From an uncultured virus (IMG/VR IMGVR_UViG_3300033170_000477) (lineage: Duplodnaviria > Heunggongvirae > Uroviricota > Caudoviricetes): 64,000 nt of DNA. Made by a program: the position numbers and the translations under genes. The notes beneath the pieces were generated by a model, which worked only from the letters and a program-made list of their open reading frames with translations, did no database searches and was not told the DNA's origin. Location of the stretch: IMG/VR virus record IMGVR_UViG_3300033170_000477, one strand, 5' to 3'. Positions 1-9,043 of the stretch are shown in pieces. The first letter of the stretch is position 1. Each line of letters opens with the position of its first letter.

Positions 1-120
1 GTCTATAATTTACTGATTAGACTGGATTATATGTCCGGTCTAATTTTTAAACTTTTTTTTGATGAAGTTAGTTCATCAGATTTCATTTGTCGTTAGTCAT
101 AAAAGCGACATTTATTCTTA

Positions 121-168
121 AAAAAGGAACAGTGTATATGAAAATATGCACTGTTCCTTTTTTTTTTT
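121..168 (+). terminator. Rho-independent terminator
   Basis: AAAAAGGAACAGTG...CACTGTTCC stem followed by a long T tract. Confidence 0.75.
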
Positions 169-340
169 CTCAAAAACACTATTTGCAGGAAAGTGATCTT
201 CGAAATCAGTGGATTTTCTAAGTTAAGAACTAAAGTTTAACGATTATTAAGGCTTTTTGCTGTTGAAGTTTATTCAACGGGCAAAAAAAGTAAAAGTATT
301 ATCATTACCATAACAGGAGGACAAACCTCCTGAAATAAAA

Positions 341-540
341 TCTCAATGTCCGAGATGCGCATACGGACGGCGGGATGCATAAGAGTTCAGAACACAGTGA
401 TAAAGACTGTGTTTGGAATGAAGATGCACCCACCGTAATTTCGTGTGCCCTTTTTTAGGACAAGCGGAGTCTGTGGTCATCTTCATCACAGGCTCTTTTT
501 GTATTCCGCCGCCCAATGTCAGGACGGAAAGGAATACTTT
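341..540 (+). ncRNA. Putative structured cis-regulatory leader RNA upstream of the sigma-like gene (copy 1)
   Basis: Several stems; conserved with 57657-57856 including a compensatory change in the RBS-sequestering stem. Confidence 0.6.
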
Positions 541-1089
541 ATGAAGATTCGAGTTTTATATGAAGACAACATCAAAAACGGTCACAAGAACTACACCACA
601 ATTGAAATTCCAGATGGAGATTACAGCGTTATGCTGGACATCGACTATGAGCAGCGTCTTGCAGAGGCAAAGCCTGAAAAGAAAGCAGAAGTTAAGCGTT
701 GTGAGACTTTGCAGGAAATGTTCGATCTTATGAATGCCAAAGAATACAACCACTGGCGCCGCTATCATAGGCATCTTGGCAATCCGAAGACTCCATATCG
801 TAAAGATGATCAGGCTGAAGATGAAACAGATGTTATGGATACATTTGCAGATAACTCTCAAGAAATAGAGCGTTCTAACCAATACGAGTACGAGGATGTT
901 TGTAAATGGATACGCAAGGTACTTGGTAAAAAAGAAGATTGGGCGGATATGTTTATCGCCGTTCGCATAGACGGTATGTCAATCCGTGAATATGCCAGCT
1001 CCATAGGTGCTGATGAAAACAACATTACTCAGAAGTTAAAACGAGCAACAAAAAAATTGGAACAAGAATATAAAAATCGTCAGATTTGA
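541..1089 (+). CDS. Sigma-70 region 4-like / ECF-type sigma-like regulator
   Basis: C-terminal HTH (GMSIREYASSIGADENNITQKLKRA); start at ATG 541 after GGAAAGGA, matching copy 2. Confidence 0.7.
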   Translation: MKIRVLYEDNIKNGHKNYTTIEIPDGDYSVMLDIDYEQRLAEAKPEKKAEVKRCETLQEMFDLMNAKEYNHWRRYHRHLGNPKTPYRKDDQAEDETDVMDTFADNSQEIERSNQYEYEDVCKWIRKVLGKKEDWADMFIAVRIDGMSIREYASSIGADENNITQKLKRATKKLEQEYKNRQI

Positions 1090-1118
1090 CCTTCTCCCAA
1101 GGCTACCAGGTAGGAGGT
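1078..1118 (+). promoter_or_regulatory. Conserved motif TCAGATTT-N13-GGCTACCAGGTAG (copy 1)
   Basis: Four copies with identical 13-nt spacing. Confidence 0.65.
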
Positions 1119-1153
1119 CAAGACCTCCAAAAAAATTTAAGGAGGTAATTCTG

Positions 1154-1816
1154 ATGAGAGAATTAATACCTAAAGATCAATATGGTGTGTTTGCCGACAC
1201 CAAAGATACGGCAAGAGTGGATAGTTTGTTTGTAGCAGAGTTCTTTGAGAAGGAACATAAAAATGTTCTGCGTGACATTGCTAAAATCACTGACCCCAAA
1301 TCTGGGTTAAGCACAGAATTTGCTCAGCTCAATTTTGAGCCGACCTCATACACGGATGGTTGGAACAGAAAGCAAAAGGCTTATGCCATGACTCGTGATG
1401 GATTCACTATGTTGGTTATGGGATATACAGGGCAGAAAGCAATGAAGTTCAAAGAGTTATACATCAAACGCTTTAATGAAATGGAGCAGTTCATTAAAAC
1501 CCTTGTTTCGGCTCGTAAGGAGTTCCCTTTGCTGACAGACAACATTAAGTTACTTCATGAAAATCCAAAGCCATACCACTTCAGTAATGAATGCGATATG
1601 TTAAATCGCATCGTTATTGGAATGACGGCAAAGCAGTTTAGATTAGCAAATGGAATTGCAAAAGGAAAAAGCATTCGACCTTACTTATCTGATGAGCAGA
1701 TTACAATGCTAGACATATTACAAAAAGTAGATGTTGGTTTGTTAGTAGCTGTTCCAGATTATGGGCAGCGCAAGCGTTACTTGGAATGGTACAAAACCAA
1801 AATAGAGAAGAATTAA
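1154..1816 (+). CDS. Rha family phage regulatory protein
   Basis: DSLFVAEFFEKEHKNVLRDI and MTRDGFTMLVMGYTGQKAMKFK motifs. Confidence 0.9.
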   Translation: MRELIPKDQYGVFADTKDTARVDSLFVAEFFEKEHKNVLRDIAKITDPKSGLSTEFAQLNFEPTSYTDGWNRKQKAYAMTRDGFTMLVMGYTGQKAMKFKELYIKRFNEMEQFIKTLVSARKEFPLLTDNIKLLHENPKPYHFSNECDMLNRIVIGMTAKQFRLANGIAKGKSIRPYLSDEQITMLDILQKVDVGLLVAVPDYGQRKRYLEWYKTKIEKN

Positions 1817-1830
1817 GGAGGGCTCTTACT

Positions 1831-2052
1831 ATGTTTTATGTGAAAGAAAGATTGAATGATTCCATGGAGATATCTATTGAAATAACAGATGAGAATGTTT
1901 TTTGCCATTGCCCGATGTGTGATGTTGAAGTAATGGTGGATATTGCAGAAATCCTAGGTGATGGTGAAAGTGATTTATTTGGTACTTCAGTATATTGTAG
2001 CGAATGTAGTAAAAAAATTAGAGCCGGAGGTAGCTGTGATGAACATAAATAA
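1831..2052 (+). CDS. Small Cys-rich (zinc-binding) phage protein
   Basis: CPMC...CSEC; RBS AAGGAGG; homolog at 59146. Confidence 0.7.
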   Translation: MFYVKERLNDSMEISIEITDENVFCHCPMCDVEVMVDIAEILGDGESDLFGTSVYCSECSKKIRAGGSCDEHK

Positions 2053-2470
2053 ATTCAATGCTGAAGGATACTATGACCCTACTCCGCATGAAGCACTAAC
2101 TAATATAGTAAAAAAGGAAAAGGCAGCGTCAAAACCTGCCTTCCGTCCTTTGGTTTATATATGCGCCCCTTTTCACGGGGCTGTTAAGGAAAATGTATTA
2201 AAAGCCACTCAGTTTGCAGAATTTGCTTTCAATCGTGGATGTATCCCACTGACCCCGCACCTTCTATTCCCTTTCATGGATGACAGTAATGAGAAAGAAC
2301 GTGATCTCGCTATTTTCATGGACATCATCCTTATGGGCAAGTGCCAGGAAGTCTGGGTACTTGGTGATGTTATCTCAAAAGGCATGAGTATTGAAATAGA
2401 AAAGGCAAAGAAACGTAGACAACCGGTCAGATATTTCAATAAGGATTTTGAGGAGGTAGAGGCTTTATGA
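2039..2470 (+). CDS. DUF4406-like / nucleoside deoxyribosyltransferase-fold protein
   Basis: VYICAPF...PHLLF...CQEVWVLG..ISKGM..EI pattern; homolog at 59354. Confidence 0.7.
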   Translation: MNINKFNAEGYYDPTPHEALTNIVKKEKAASKPAFRPLVYICAPFHGAVKENVLKATQFAEFAFNRGCIPLTPHLLFPFMDDSNEKERDLAIFMDIILMGKCQEVWVLGDVISKGMSIEIEKAKKRRQPVRYFNKDFEEVEAL

Positions 2471-2539
2471 AAAAAATAAAAGTAATTAAGGCAAGATTTG
2501 AACATGGACAAAGACCTCGTTTGAAAGGAGGTTATTAAG

Positions 2540-4888
2540 TTGAGAAAATTAGCCATTGCTTATGGGAACAGCCGACAGGCAAAGAAGTGGGTCAACAAAG
2601 AAATCACTTTTGATGCGCTAAAAGATAGATTGAAGACTCCAATTAGGACCACGGAATCAGCTGAAGAATATGCCAAGTTCAGTAAAGGTCAAAAGGATAA
2701 TGCAAAAGACCATGGTGGCTTTGTTGCAGGTGTATTAAAAGGTGGTCGCAGAAAAAACGATACTGTGGAACTTCGATCAATGATCGCTTTAGATGGTGAC
2801 AAAATTAATAAAGAATTTCTTGAAAACTATGAATCGAATGCTGCATATACCTCTGTTCTTTATTCAACCCATAGTAGCACAGAAGAAAATCCACGGGTGC
2901 GTCTTATTTTTCCCCTAACAAGAGATGTAACCTCAGAGGAATTTGTAGCAGTTTCAAGATATTTAGCACAGATGCTTGGCATGGATTATTTCGATGAATG
3001 CTCCTATCTACCAAACCAGCTGATGTACTGGCCAAGCACTCCATCTAACGGAAAATTTGTATATAAGGAAGTAGACAAAACTTGGCTTAATCCAGATGAT
3101 ATTTTAATAGCCCATCCCGAATGGACTGATCCTACAAGACTTCCGACTTCATCTAGGGAGAGCAAGGCAAATACAGTTTCGCATGAGAAGGTACAGGACC
3201 CTCTTGCGAAGGAGGGTGTTGTGGGCCTTTTTAATAGAGTTTATTTCCCTGTTACAAAAGCAATCGATGCATTTTTATCAGACGTCTACGAGCCTACAGA
3301 AAATGAGGGCCGCTACCATTTTATAGAGTCAAGCAGTATGGCTGGAGTTGAAATCAAAGAAGGTGGCAAGTTCGTGTATAGCCATCATGCCAAGGACCCG
3401 GCATACCTAAAATTATGCAATGCCTTTGACATCGTTCGTATCCATAAATTTGGTGATGAGGATGATAAGAAGTCCTTTAAGAATATGTGTGATTTTGCTA
3501 TGAAAATTGATGAGGTAAAAGTCTTTGCTACCAATGAAAAACTAGCAGAGGCTGAAGTGGATTTCACTGACAGTGGAGATGATTGGAAGTCAAGACTTAG
3601 GTATCAGCCTAGATCAAGTTTACTGGAAAACAGCGTATACAACTTAAACCTTATTCTTAATCATGACCCCGATTTCAAGAACTTTGCATATAACGAGCTG
3701 TCGAACCGTATCCAGGTCACGGGATCACTACCATGGGAAAGACCAGAAGGTAACGTATTTTGGAGAGATGCCGACACAGCCCAGCTTAAGTCCATTATGG
3801 ATATTCGCTACCTTCCGTTTACAAGCAGAAACCACGATGTTGCATTTACTAAGGTTGCTGATGATAGAAGATTCCATCCTATAAGGGATTATCTTGATTC
3901 CCTTCCTGCGTGGGATGGAGTAAAACGTGTAGAAGATATTTTTATCAAATATCTCCAGGCAGATGATACCGAGTATATACGCACAGTGACCAGAAAGACC
4001 TTTGTAGCGGCTGTTGCACGTATATATGTTCCTGGAATTAAGTTTGACTGTGTTCCTGTGCTTGATGGTGATCAGGGTATTGGGAAAAGCACCATCATTA
4101 AAGACCTTGTAACAGCAGAATTCTACTCTGAAACATTATCTCTTACTGATATGGATGATAAGTCTGGTGCTGAAAAACTGCAGGGATTCTGGGTGGTTGA
4201 AATCGGTGAACTTGCTGGAATGAAGAAAGCTGATATTGAAAAAGTAAAAGCGTTCCTCTCAACTTCAGATGATAAATACAGACCGTCCTATGGAAGAGTT
4301 GTAGAAAGCCATCCTAGACAGTGCATCGTCATTGCAACGGTAAATGGTGAGCGTGGATATTTACGTGACATCACAGGAAACCGCCGCTTTTGGATTATTA
4401 AGGTACATCAGAAAAGGCAGAAGAAGACCTGGAATTTTACAGAGGAATATAGGCAGCAGTTCTGGGCCGAAGCTAAAGAAATATGGAAATCGGGTGAAAA
4501 ACTATACCTCGAGGGCGATGTTTTAGAGGAGGCTGAAAAAGCACAGAAAGGTGCGATGGAGGCTGATGAGCGTGTTGGCATGGTTGAAGAATACCTAAAT
4601 ACTCTACTTCCAGATGATTGGGATAGTATGGACTTATTTGCCCGTAGGAATTACCTAAGCGGTAGCGAATTTGGTGGAGCCAAGCATACAGGCACTGTTG
4701 CACGAACATCTGTAAGCAATGCAGAAATTTGGTGTGAATGCTTTAATCGTAGTCTCCCAGAATTAAAGACTACCGACAGTTATCAGATCGCAGCACTTAT
4801 GGCCCAGATTGCCGGTTGGGAACGAACCAGTAGTATTAAGCGTTTGCCGATTTATGGTAGGCAGCGACTATATCATTATGGTGGATAG
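2540..4888 (+). CDS. VapE (virulence-associated E) family primase/helicase
   Basis: N-terminal primase-like YSTHS..PRVRL; Walker A GDQGIGKST; DITGNRRF. Confidence 0.88.
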   Translation: MRKLAIAYGNSRQAKKWVNKEITFDALKDRLKTPIRTTESAEEYAKFSKGQKDNAKDHGGFVAGVLKGGRRKNDTVELRSMIALDGDKINKEFLENYESNAAYTSVLYSTHSSTEENPRVRLIFPLTRDVTSEEFVAVSRYLAQMLGMDYFDECSYLPNQLMYWPSTPSNGKFVYKEVDKTWLNPDDILIAHPEWTDPTRLPTSSRESKANTVSHEKVQDPLAKEGVVGLFNRVYFPVTKAIDAFLSDVYEPTENEGRYHFIESSSMAGVEIKEGGKFVYSHHAKDPAYLKLCNAFDIVRIHKFGDEDDKKSFKNMCDFAMKIDEVKVFATNEKLAEAEVDFTDSGDDWKSRLRYQPRSSLLENSVYNLNLILNHDPDFKNFAYNELSNRIQVTGSLPWERPEGNVFWRDADTAQLKSIMDIRYLPFTSRNHDVAFTKVADDRRFHPIRDYLDSLPAWDGVKRVEDIFIKYLQADDTEYIRTVTRKTFVAAVARIYVPGIKFDCVPVLDGDQGIGKSTIIKDLVTAEFYSETLSLTDMDDKSGAEKLQGFWVVEIGELAGMKKADIEKVKAFLSTSDDKYRPSYGRVVESHPRQCIVIATVNGERGYLRDITGNRRFWIIKVHQKRQKKTWNFTEEYRQQFWAEAKEIWKSGEKLYLEGDVLEEAEKAQKGAMEADERVGMVEEYLNTLLPDDWDSMDLFARRNYLSGSEFGGAKHTGTVARTSVSNAEIWCECFNRSLPELKTTDSYQIAALMAQIAGWERTSSIKRLPIYGRQRLYHYGG

Positions 4889-5030
4889 AGAACACAAGAA
4901 TGCGACACAACACAACTTTTTCCCTTATATTCAAAATACTTTTTCTTAAAAGTAGATAGTAGATACCTGTGCATGTACACGCGCGTTAGTAAATATAGGG
5001 AAACGCTTGTGATTTTGTGTTCTTGTGTCA
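4889..5030. repeat. Candidate replication origin with ACACAA iterons and inverted copies
   Basis: AACACAAG/GACACAACACAAC versus TTGTGTTCTTGTGTC around an AT-rich core. Confidence 0.45.
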
Positions 5031-5046
5031 AATGGGAGGTAAAAAA

Positions 5047-5331
5047 GTGACTGAAAAATATATAGAGCAAAAATTGGTAAATACAGTGAAAGAGCTGGGA
5101 GGCATCGCACCAAAGTTTGTTAGTCCGGGGTTAGATGGTGTGCCAGATCGCATTGTACTCTTACCTATGGGAAGAATGGCCTTTGTTGAATTAAAGGCAC
5201 CAGGCAAAAAGATGCGTCCACTGCAAGTAAAGCGAAAAACACAACTGGAAGCGTTAGGATTTTTGGTTTACTGCATTGATAGTGTAGGGCAGATTGGAGG
5301 GATACTGTATGCCATTGAAAATCAACTGTGA
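5047..5331 (+). CDS. VRR-NUC domain nuclease
   Basis: EKYIE...KFVSPG..GVPDRIV...FVELKAPG. Confidence 0.9.
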   Translation: MTEKYIEQKLVNTVKELGGIAPKFVSPGLDGVPDRIVLLPMGRMAFVELKAPGKKMRPLQVKRKTQLEALGFLVYCIDSVGQIGGILYAIENQL

Positions 5332-5902
5332 TTGGTGTGGGAAAACAATCAAAAGAAAGCCTTCAACTGTAAAAGAGCACAACTATTGTTCAAGAATATG
5401 CTTAGGAAAAGCAAATGCAGAACGATTCAGATTAAAAAGGTTAAAAATTTGTGATTATTGTGGTAGTGAATTTGAATACCTGGGGCATCACAAGAAACGA
5501 AATACCCACTTCTTCTGTTCAACAGGATGTGCCAACAAATATAAAACAAAACGCATGACGGTAAGGTGTGACTGGTGTGATAAAAAATTTGAGAAAAAAC
5601 GATCTGATGTTAATCGATCAAACCGTAATTTTTGCAGACCAGAATGTGGACAAAACTTTAAGCGATGGACAGGAGTTTGTGGCTATAGTCCACTTGTTGA
5701 AGGTGTTCCTATTCATAGAAGAATTATGGAAGAGACTTTAGGGCGAGTATTAACTATGGATGAAGAAGTTCATCATATTGATTTTAATCATCATAATAAT
5801 CGCATTGAAAATTTGGTAGTTCTCAGCAAATCAGAGCATTCAAAAATTCATGCGGCAAAAAAGGAGCGTGACAACTATGGAAAGTTTATTAAATCGAAGT
5901 AA
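5309..5902 (+). CDS. Free-standing HNH homing endonuclease with repeated CxxC zinc motifs
   Basis: HRRIME...VHHIDFNHHNNRIENL; absent at the same position in element 2. Confidence 0.85.
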   Translation: MPLKINCDWCGKTIKRKPSTVKEHNYCSRICLGKANAERFRLKRLKICDYCGSEFEYLGHHKKRNTHFFCSTGCANKYKTKRMTVRCDWCDKKFEKKRSDVNRSNRNFCRPECGQNFKRWTGVCGYSPLVEGVPIHRRIMEETLGRVLTMDEEVHHIDFNHHNNRIENLVVLSKSEHSKIHAAKKERDNYGKFIKSK

Positions 5903-7241
5903 GTTACATCATTATCAAACATACTGTATTGATTTTATCAAAAATAAACCAGTATCAGCCGTTTTTTTAGATTGCGGTTTAGGAAAAACAATTATTTCTC
6001 TTACAGCGATATATGATCTTGCTCTTGATAAGTTTGAAGTTGGAAGAATACTTGTTGTTGCTCCTTTAAGAGTAACTATGGTTTGGCCTTCTGAAATTAA
6101 AAAGTGGGAGCATCTGAAAGGTCTATCCTATTCTGTAGCCGTTGGAACAGAAAGAGAAAGAATCGATGCTCTTATGACAAGATCAACAATGTATATCATC
6201 AATCGTGAAAATGTAGATTGGCTTGTTAACAAAAGCGGCATTCCCTTTGATTTTGATATGGTGGTCATTGATGAGTTGTCATCATTTAAATCCTATGGAG
6301 CAAAGCGGTTTAAAAGTCTGCTAAAAGTAAGACCATCTGTTAATAGAATTGTAGGTCTTACAGGAACTCCATCGAGTAATGGCTTAATGGACTTATGGGC
6401 AGAGTTTCGCATTCTAGACTTAGGTCAAAGACTTGGCAGATATATCACTCACTACCGCAATACTTACTTCACTCCGGATAAACGTAATGCACAGGTTATA
6501 TTTTCATATAAACCACTGCCTGGTGCTGAGGACAAAATTTATAAGCAGATATCTGATATTACGATTTCCATGAAATCCATAGACTATCTTAAAATGCCTG
6601 AATGCATCGTAAATGAAGTGTCTGTTTATCTGAATGAAAAAGAATGGAACATATACTCTAAATTTAAAAATGATATGGTCACGAAATTAGGTGATGAGGA
6701 GATTGATGCAGTTAATGCTGCTGTGCTTTCAGGAAAACTTCTACAGATGGCAAACGGTGCTGTCTATGATAGTGAAAACAAGACACATATCATCCATGAC
6801 AAAAAACTTGATGCACTGGAAGATTTAATTGAAGGCGCAAATGGCAAACCTGTCCTTGTTGCATATTGGTTCAAACACGATTTAGAGAGAATTAAGAATA
6901 GATTTTCGGTGAGGCAAATAAAAGCATCGAAGGATATTGAAGATTGGAACGACGGAAATATCCCTATCGCTGTGATCCATCCAGCAAGTGCAGGACATGG
7001 TCTTAATCTTCAAAGCGGTGGTTCGACACTTATTTGGTTCGGACTTACCTGGTCTTTAGAATTATATCAGCAAACCAATGCCAGACTTTACAGGCAAGGT
7101 CAAAATGAGACAGTTATTATCCATCACATAATTACCAAGGGTACTATTGATGAAGATGTAATGACTGCTCTTACAAAAAAAGAAGAAACACAAGCCTCTC
7201 TTATTGATGCTGTAAAGGCAAAGTTGGAGGTGATGCGATGA
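5877..7241 (+). CDS. SNF2/DEAD-like phage helicase
   Basis: GLGKT, DELS, LTGTP, HGLNLQ, ARLYRQGQ motifs. Confidence 0.92.
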   Translation: MESLLNRSKLHHYQTYCIDFIKNKPVSAVFLDCGLGKTIISLTAIYDLALDKFEVGRILVVAPLRVTMVWPSEIKKWEHLKGLSYSVAVGTERERIDALMTRSTMYIINRENVDWLVNKSGIPFDFDMVVIDELSSFKSYGAKRFKSLLKVRPSVNRIVGLTGTPSSNGLMDLWAEFRILDLGQRLGRYITHYRNTYFTPDKRNAQVIFSYKPLPGAEDKIYKQISDITISMKSIDYLKMPECIVNEVSVYLNEKEWNIYSKFKNDMVTKLGDEEIDAVNAAVLSGKLLQMANGAVYDSENKTHIIHDKKLDALEDLIEGANGKPVLVAYWFKHDLERIKNRFSVRQIKASKDIEDWNDGNIPIAVIHPASAGHGLNLQSGGSTLIWFGLTWSLELYQQTNARLYRQGQNETVIIHHIITKGTIDEDVMTALTKKEETQASLIDAVKAKLEVMR

Positions 7242-7462
7242 CCACACCTTATGAAAACTTAGCCAATGCTATCATTTTAATGGCAGTTAAGGATTATAGG
7301 TCTGCGTTAAAGAAACTTAAAAAGCGTCCAAACTATGAGCCGGCTAAAATAATGAAAAACGAGGTGGAGAGGTTCTTCCGCTCTGATTGGTATAGAGAAC
7401 TTACCTCTGTTGATGGGAACATCCTAATCAAAAAATTAAAATCGGAGGTAAGAGAGATATGA
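7238..7462 (+). CDS. Hypothetical phage protein
   Basis: ORF coupled to neighbours by ATGA overlaps; homolog starts at 63978. Confidence 0.7.
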   Translation: MTTPYENLANAIILMAVKDYRSALKKLKKRPNYEPAKIMKNEVERFFRSDWYRELTSVDGNILIKKLKSEVREI

Positions 7463-7884
7463 AAGTAAAGGAATATTTACACCAAGCTTACAGGCTTGAT
7501 AAAAGAATACAATCAGACATCGAAGAAATGGAATCCTTAAGAGAAATGGCAACAAGTGTATCATCACCAAGTTGGGATGAAAAAGTTCAAACCTCACAAA
7601 ATGCCGATGCCAGGTTTGTAAGGTGTTTGGAGCGGATTATGGATTTGGAAAGAAAAATAAACACGGAAGTAGATAATCTTGTAGCACTCAAGGAGCAGAT
7701 AAGGCGTGTTATAAACGAAGTTCCAGACACTGATGAGCGCATGGTATTACGGTATCGGTATGTTCATAACCTAACCTGGGAGCAAATTGGCGATGAACTT
7801 AATGCCGATAGAACAACAGTCTACAGATGGCATAATGCAGCTCTTAACCATGTAACTCTTCCTAAAGATCCTATTAAAATATAG
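7459..7884 (+). CDS. RinA/ArpU-like late transcription activator (DUF1492-like)
   Basis: C-terminal HTH LRYRY..LTWEQIGDELNADRTTVYRWH; position before packaging genes. Confidence 0.75.
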   Translation: MKVKEYLHQAYRLDKRIQSDIEEMESLREMATSVSSPSWDEKVQTSQNADARFVRCLERIMDLERKINTEVDNLVALKEQIRRVINEVPDTDERMVLRYRYVHNLTWEQIGDELNADRTTVYRWHNAALNHVTLPKDPIKI

Positions 7885-7885
7885 C

Positions 7886-7946
7886 TTGCACAACTTGCAA
7901 CACTTTGCAACAAGATACCACTATTGCATTTGTGTTAGTATATAAT
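7886..7946 (+). promoter_or_regulatory. Putative late promoter with TTGCA direct repeats and TATAAT
   Basis: TTGCA at 7886, 7895, 7905, 7924; TATAAT at 7941. Confidence 0.55.
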
Positions 7947-8026
7947 CAGCAAAATATAAATATTTACCAAGCCTTGTGGGAATTCCTCGCAGGGCTTTTT
8001 CTATGCCCGGAAAGCGAGGTGAAATG

Positions 8027-8386
8027 ATGCCCAAAAGACCAAAGCGACCGTGTAGTACCCCATGTTGTCCTAATCTAACCGATGGTAGGTACTGTGAGGA
8101 ACATAGAGTAGTAGAGCGTAGGCGCTATGATAAATTTGAACGTTCACCGGATGTCAATAAAAAGTACGGTAGAGCCTGGAAAAGAATCCGTGACAGATAT
8201 GCCAGGGAACATCCTTTGTGTGAGATGTGCGAGGAAAACGGACGGCTTACCCCTGCTGAAGAAGTACATCACATCCTCCCCATTTCTTTAGGTGGTACGC
8301 ATGACAAAAGTAATTTGATGTCTTTATGTAAGTCCTGCCACAACAAGATACATTTAGAAATTGGTGATAGACAGATTAGAAAGTGA
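8027..8386 (+). CDS. Packaging-associated HNH endonuclease (HK97 gp74-like)
   Basis: PLCEMC...EVHHILP..GGTH..SNLMSLCKSCH, upstream of terminase. Confidence 0.88.
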   Translation: MPKRPKRPCSTPCCPNLTDGRYCEEHRVVERRRYDKFERSPDVNKKYGRAWKRIRDRYAREHPLCEMCEENGRLTPAEEVHHILPISLGGTHDKSNLMSLCKSCHNKIHLEIGDRQIRK

Positions 8387-8503
8387 GCCAGGGGCGGTTC
8401 AAATCTCTACACCTTTTATAGCGGACAACGGGCTGGGGTCTTGCGTGTAAAAATCAGAAATCAAAGGGGGTATTAAAGACTTTTAGAAAAGTGAGGTGGA
8501 AAA

Positions 8504-9043
8504 ATGGCAAAGGACGGTACAGCAAGAGGTGGCCAGCGTGTTGGCGCAGGAAGAAAGTCAAAAGCTCTAACAGATAAAATTACTGACGGCAGATTAAACG
8601 GGGCTCAAGTACTACCGGAGCCAGCAGAAATGGAAGGCACGGATGTTCCTCCAGTAAAAGATTATCTAAAGGCGACTCAGAAAAACGGTAAAGACCTCTG
8701 TGCAGAAGATATTTATATAGAAACCTATAAATGGTTAAAAGATCGTAGCTGCGAAATGTTAGTAAACAACCAGCTGATCGAGCAATATGCCATGAGCGTT
8801 TCTCGTTGGATTCAGTGCGAGGAATGTATTTCAGAATATGGATTTCTTGCAAAGCATCCTACTACATCAGCAGCCATAGCATCACCGTATGTTGCTATGA
8901 GCCGTGAATACATGAAACAAGTAAATCAGTGTTGGTATCAGATATACCAGATTGTAAAAGAAAACTGCTCTGTAGAGTTTGGTGGCAGAAGTCCACAAGA
9001 TGATTTAATGGAGCGGTTACTATCTGCTAGGAAAGGAAAATGA
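8504..9043 (+). CDS. Terminase small subunit (P27 family)
   Basis: RGGQRVGAGRK N-terminus; position after HNH. Confidence 0.75.
   Translation: MAKDGTARGGQRVGAGRKSKALTDKITDGRLNGAQVLPEPAEMEGTDVPPVKDYLKATQKNGKDLCAEDIYIETYKWLKDRSCEMLVNNQLIEQYAMSVSRWIQCEECISEYGFLAKHPTTSAAIASPYVAMSREYMKQVNQCWYQIYQIVKENCSVEFGGRSPQDDLMERLLSARKGK

Noticed and set aside
346..438. Possible leader peptide MSEMRIRTAG...HPP* in the structured leader
   Set aside because: Copy 2 lacks the first ATG and has a 1-nt indel that changes the frame; no well-spaced RBS
445..540. N-terminal extensions of the sigma-like ORFs (from 445 and 57788)
   Set aside because: Extensions differ between copies; the shared RBS and ATG are at 541 and 57857
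8387..8503. cos site between the HNH gene and terminase small subunit
   Set aside because: Position is plausible but no specific cohesive-end sequence can be supported from the sequence alone
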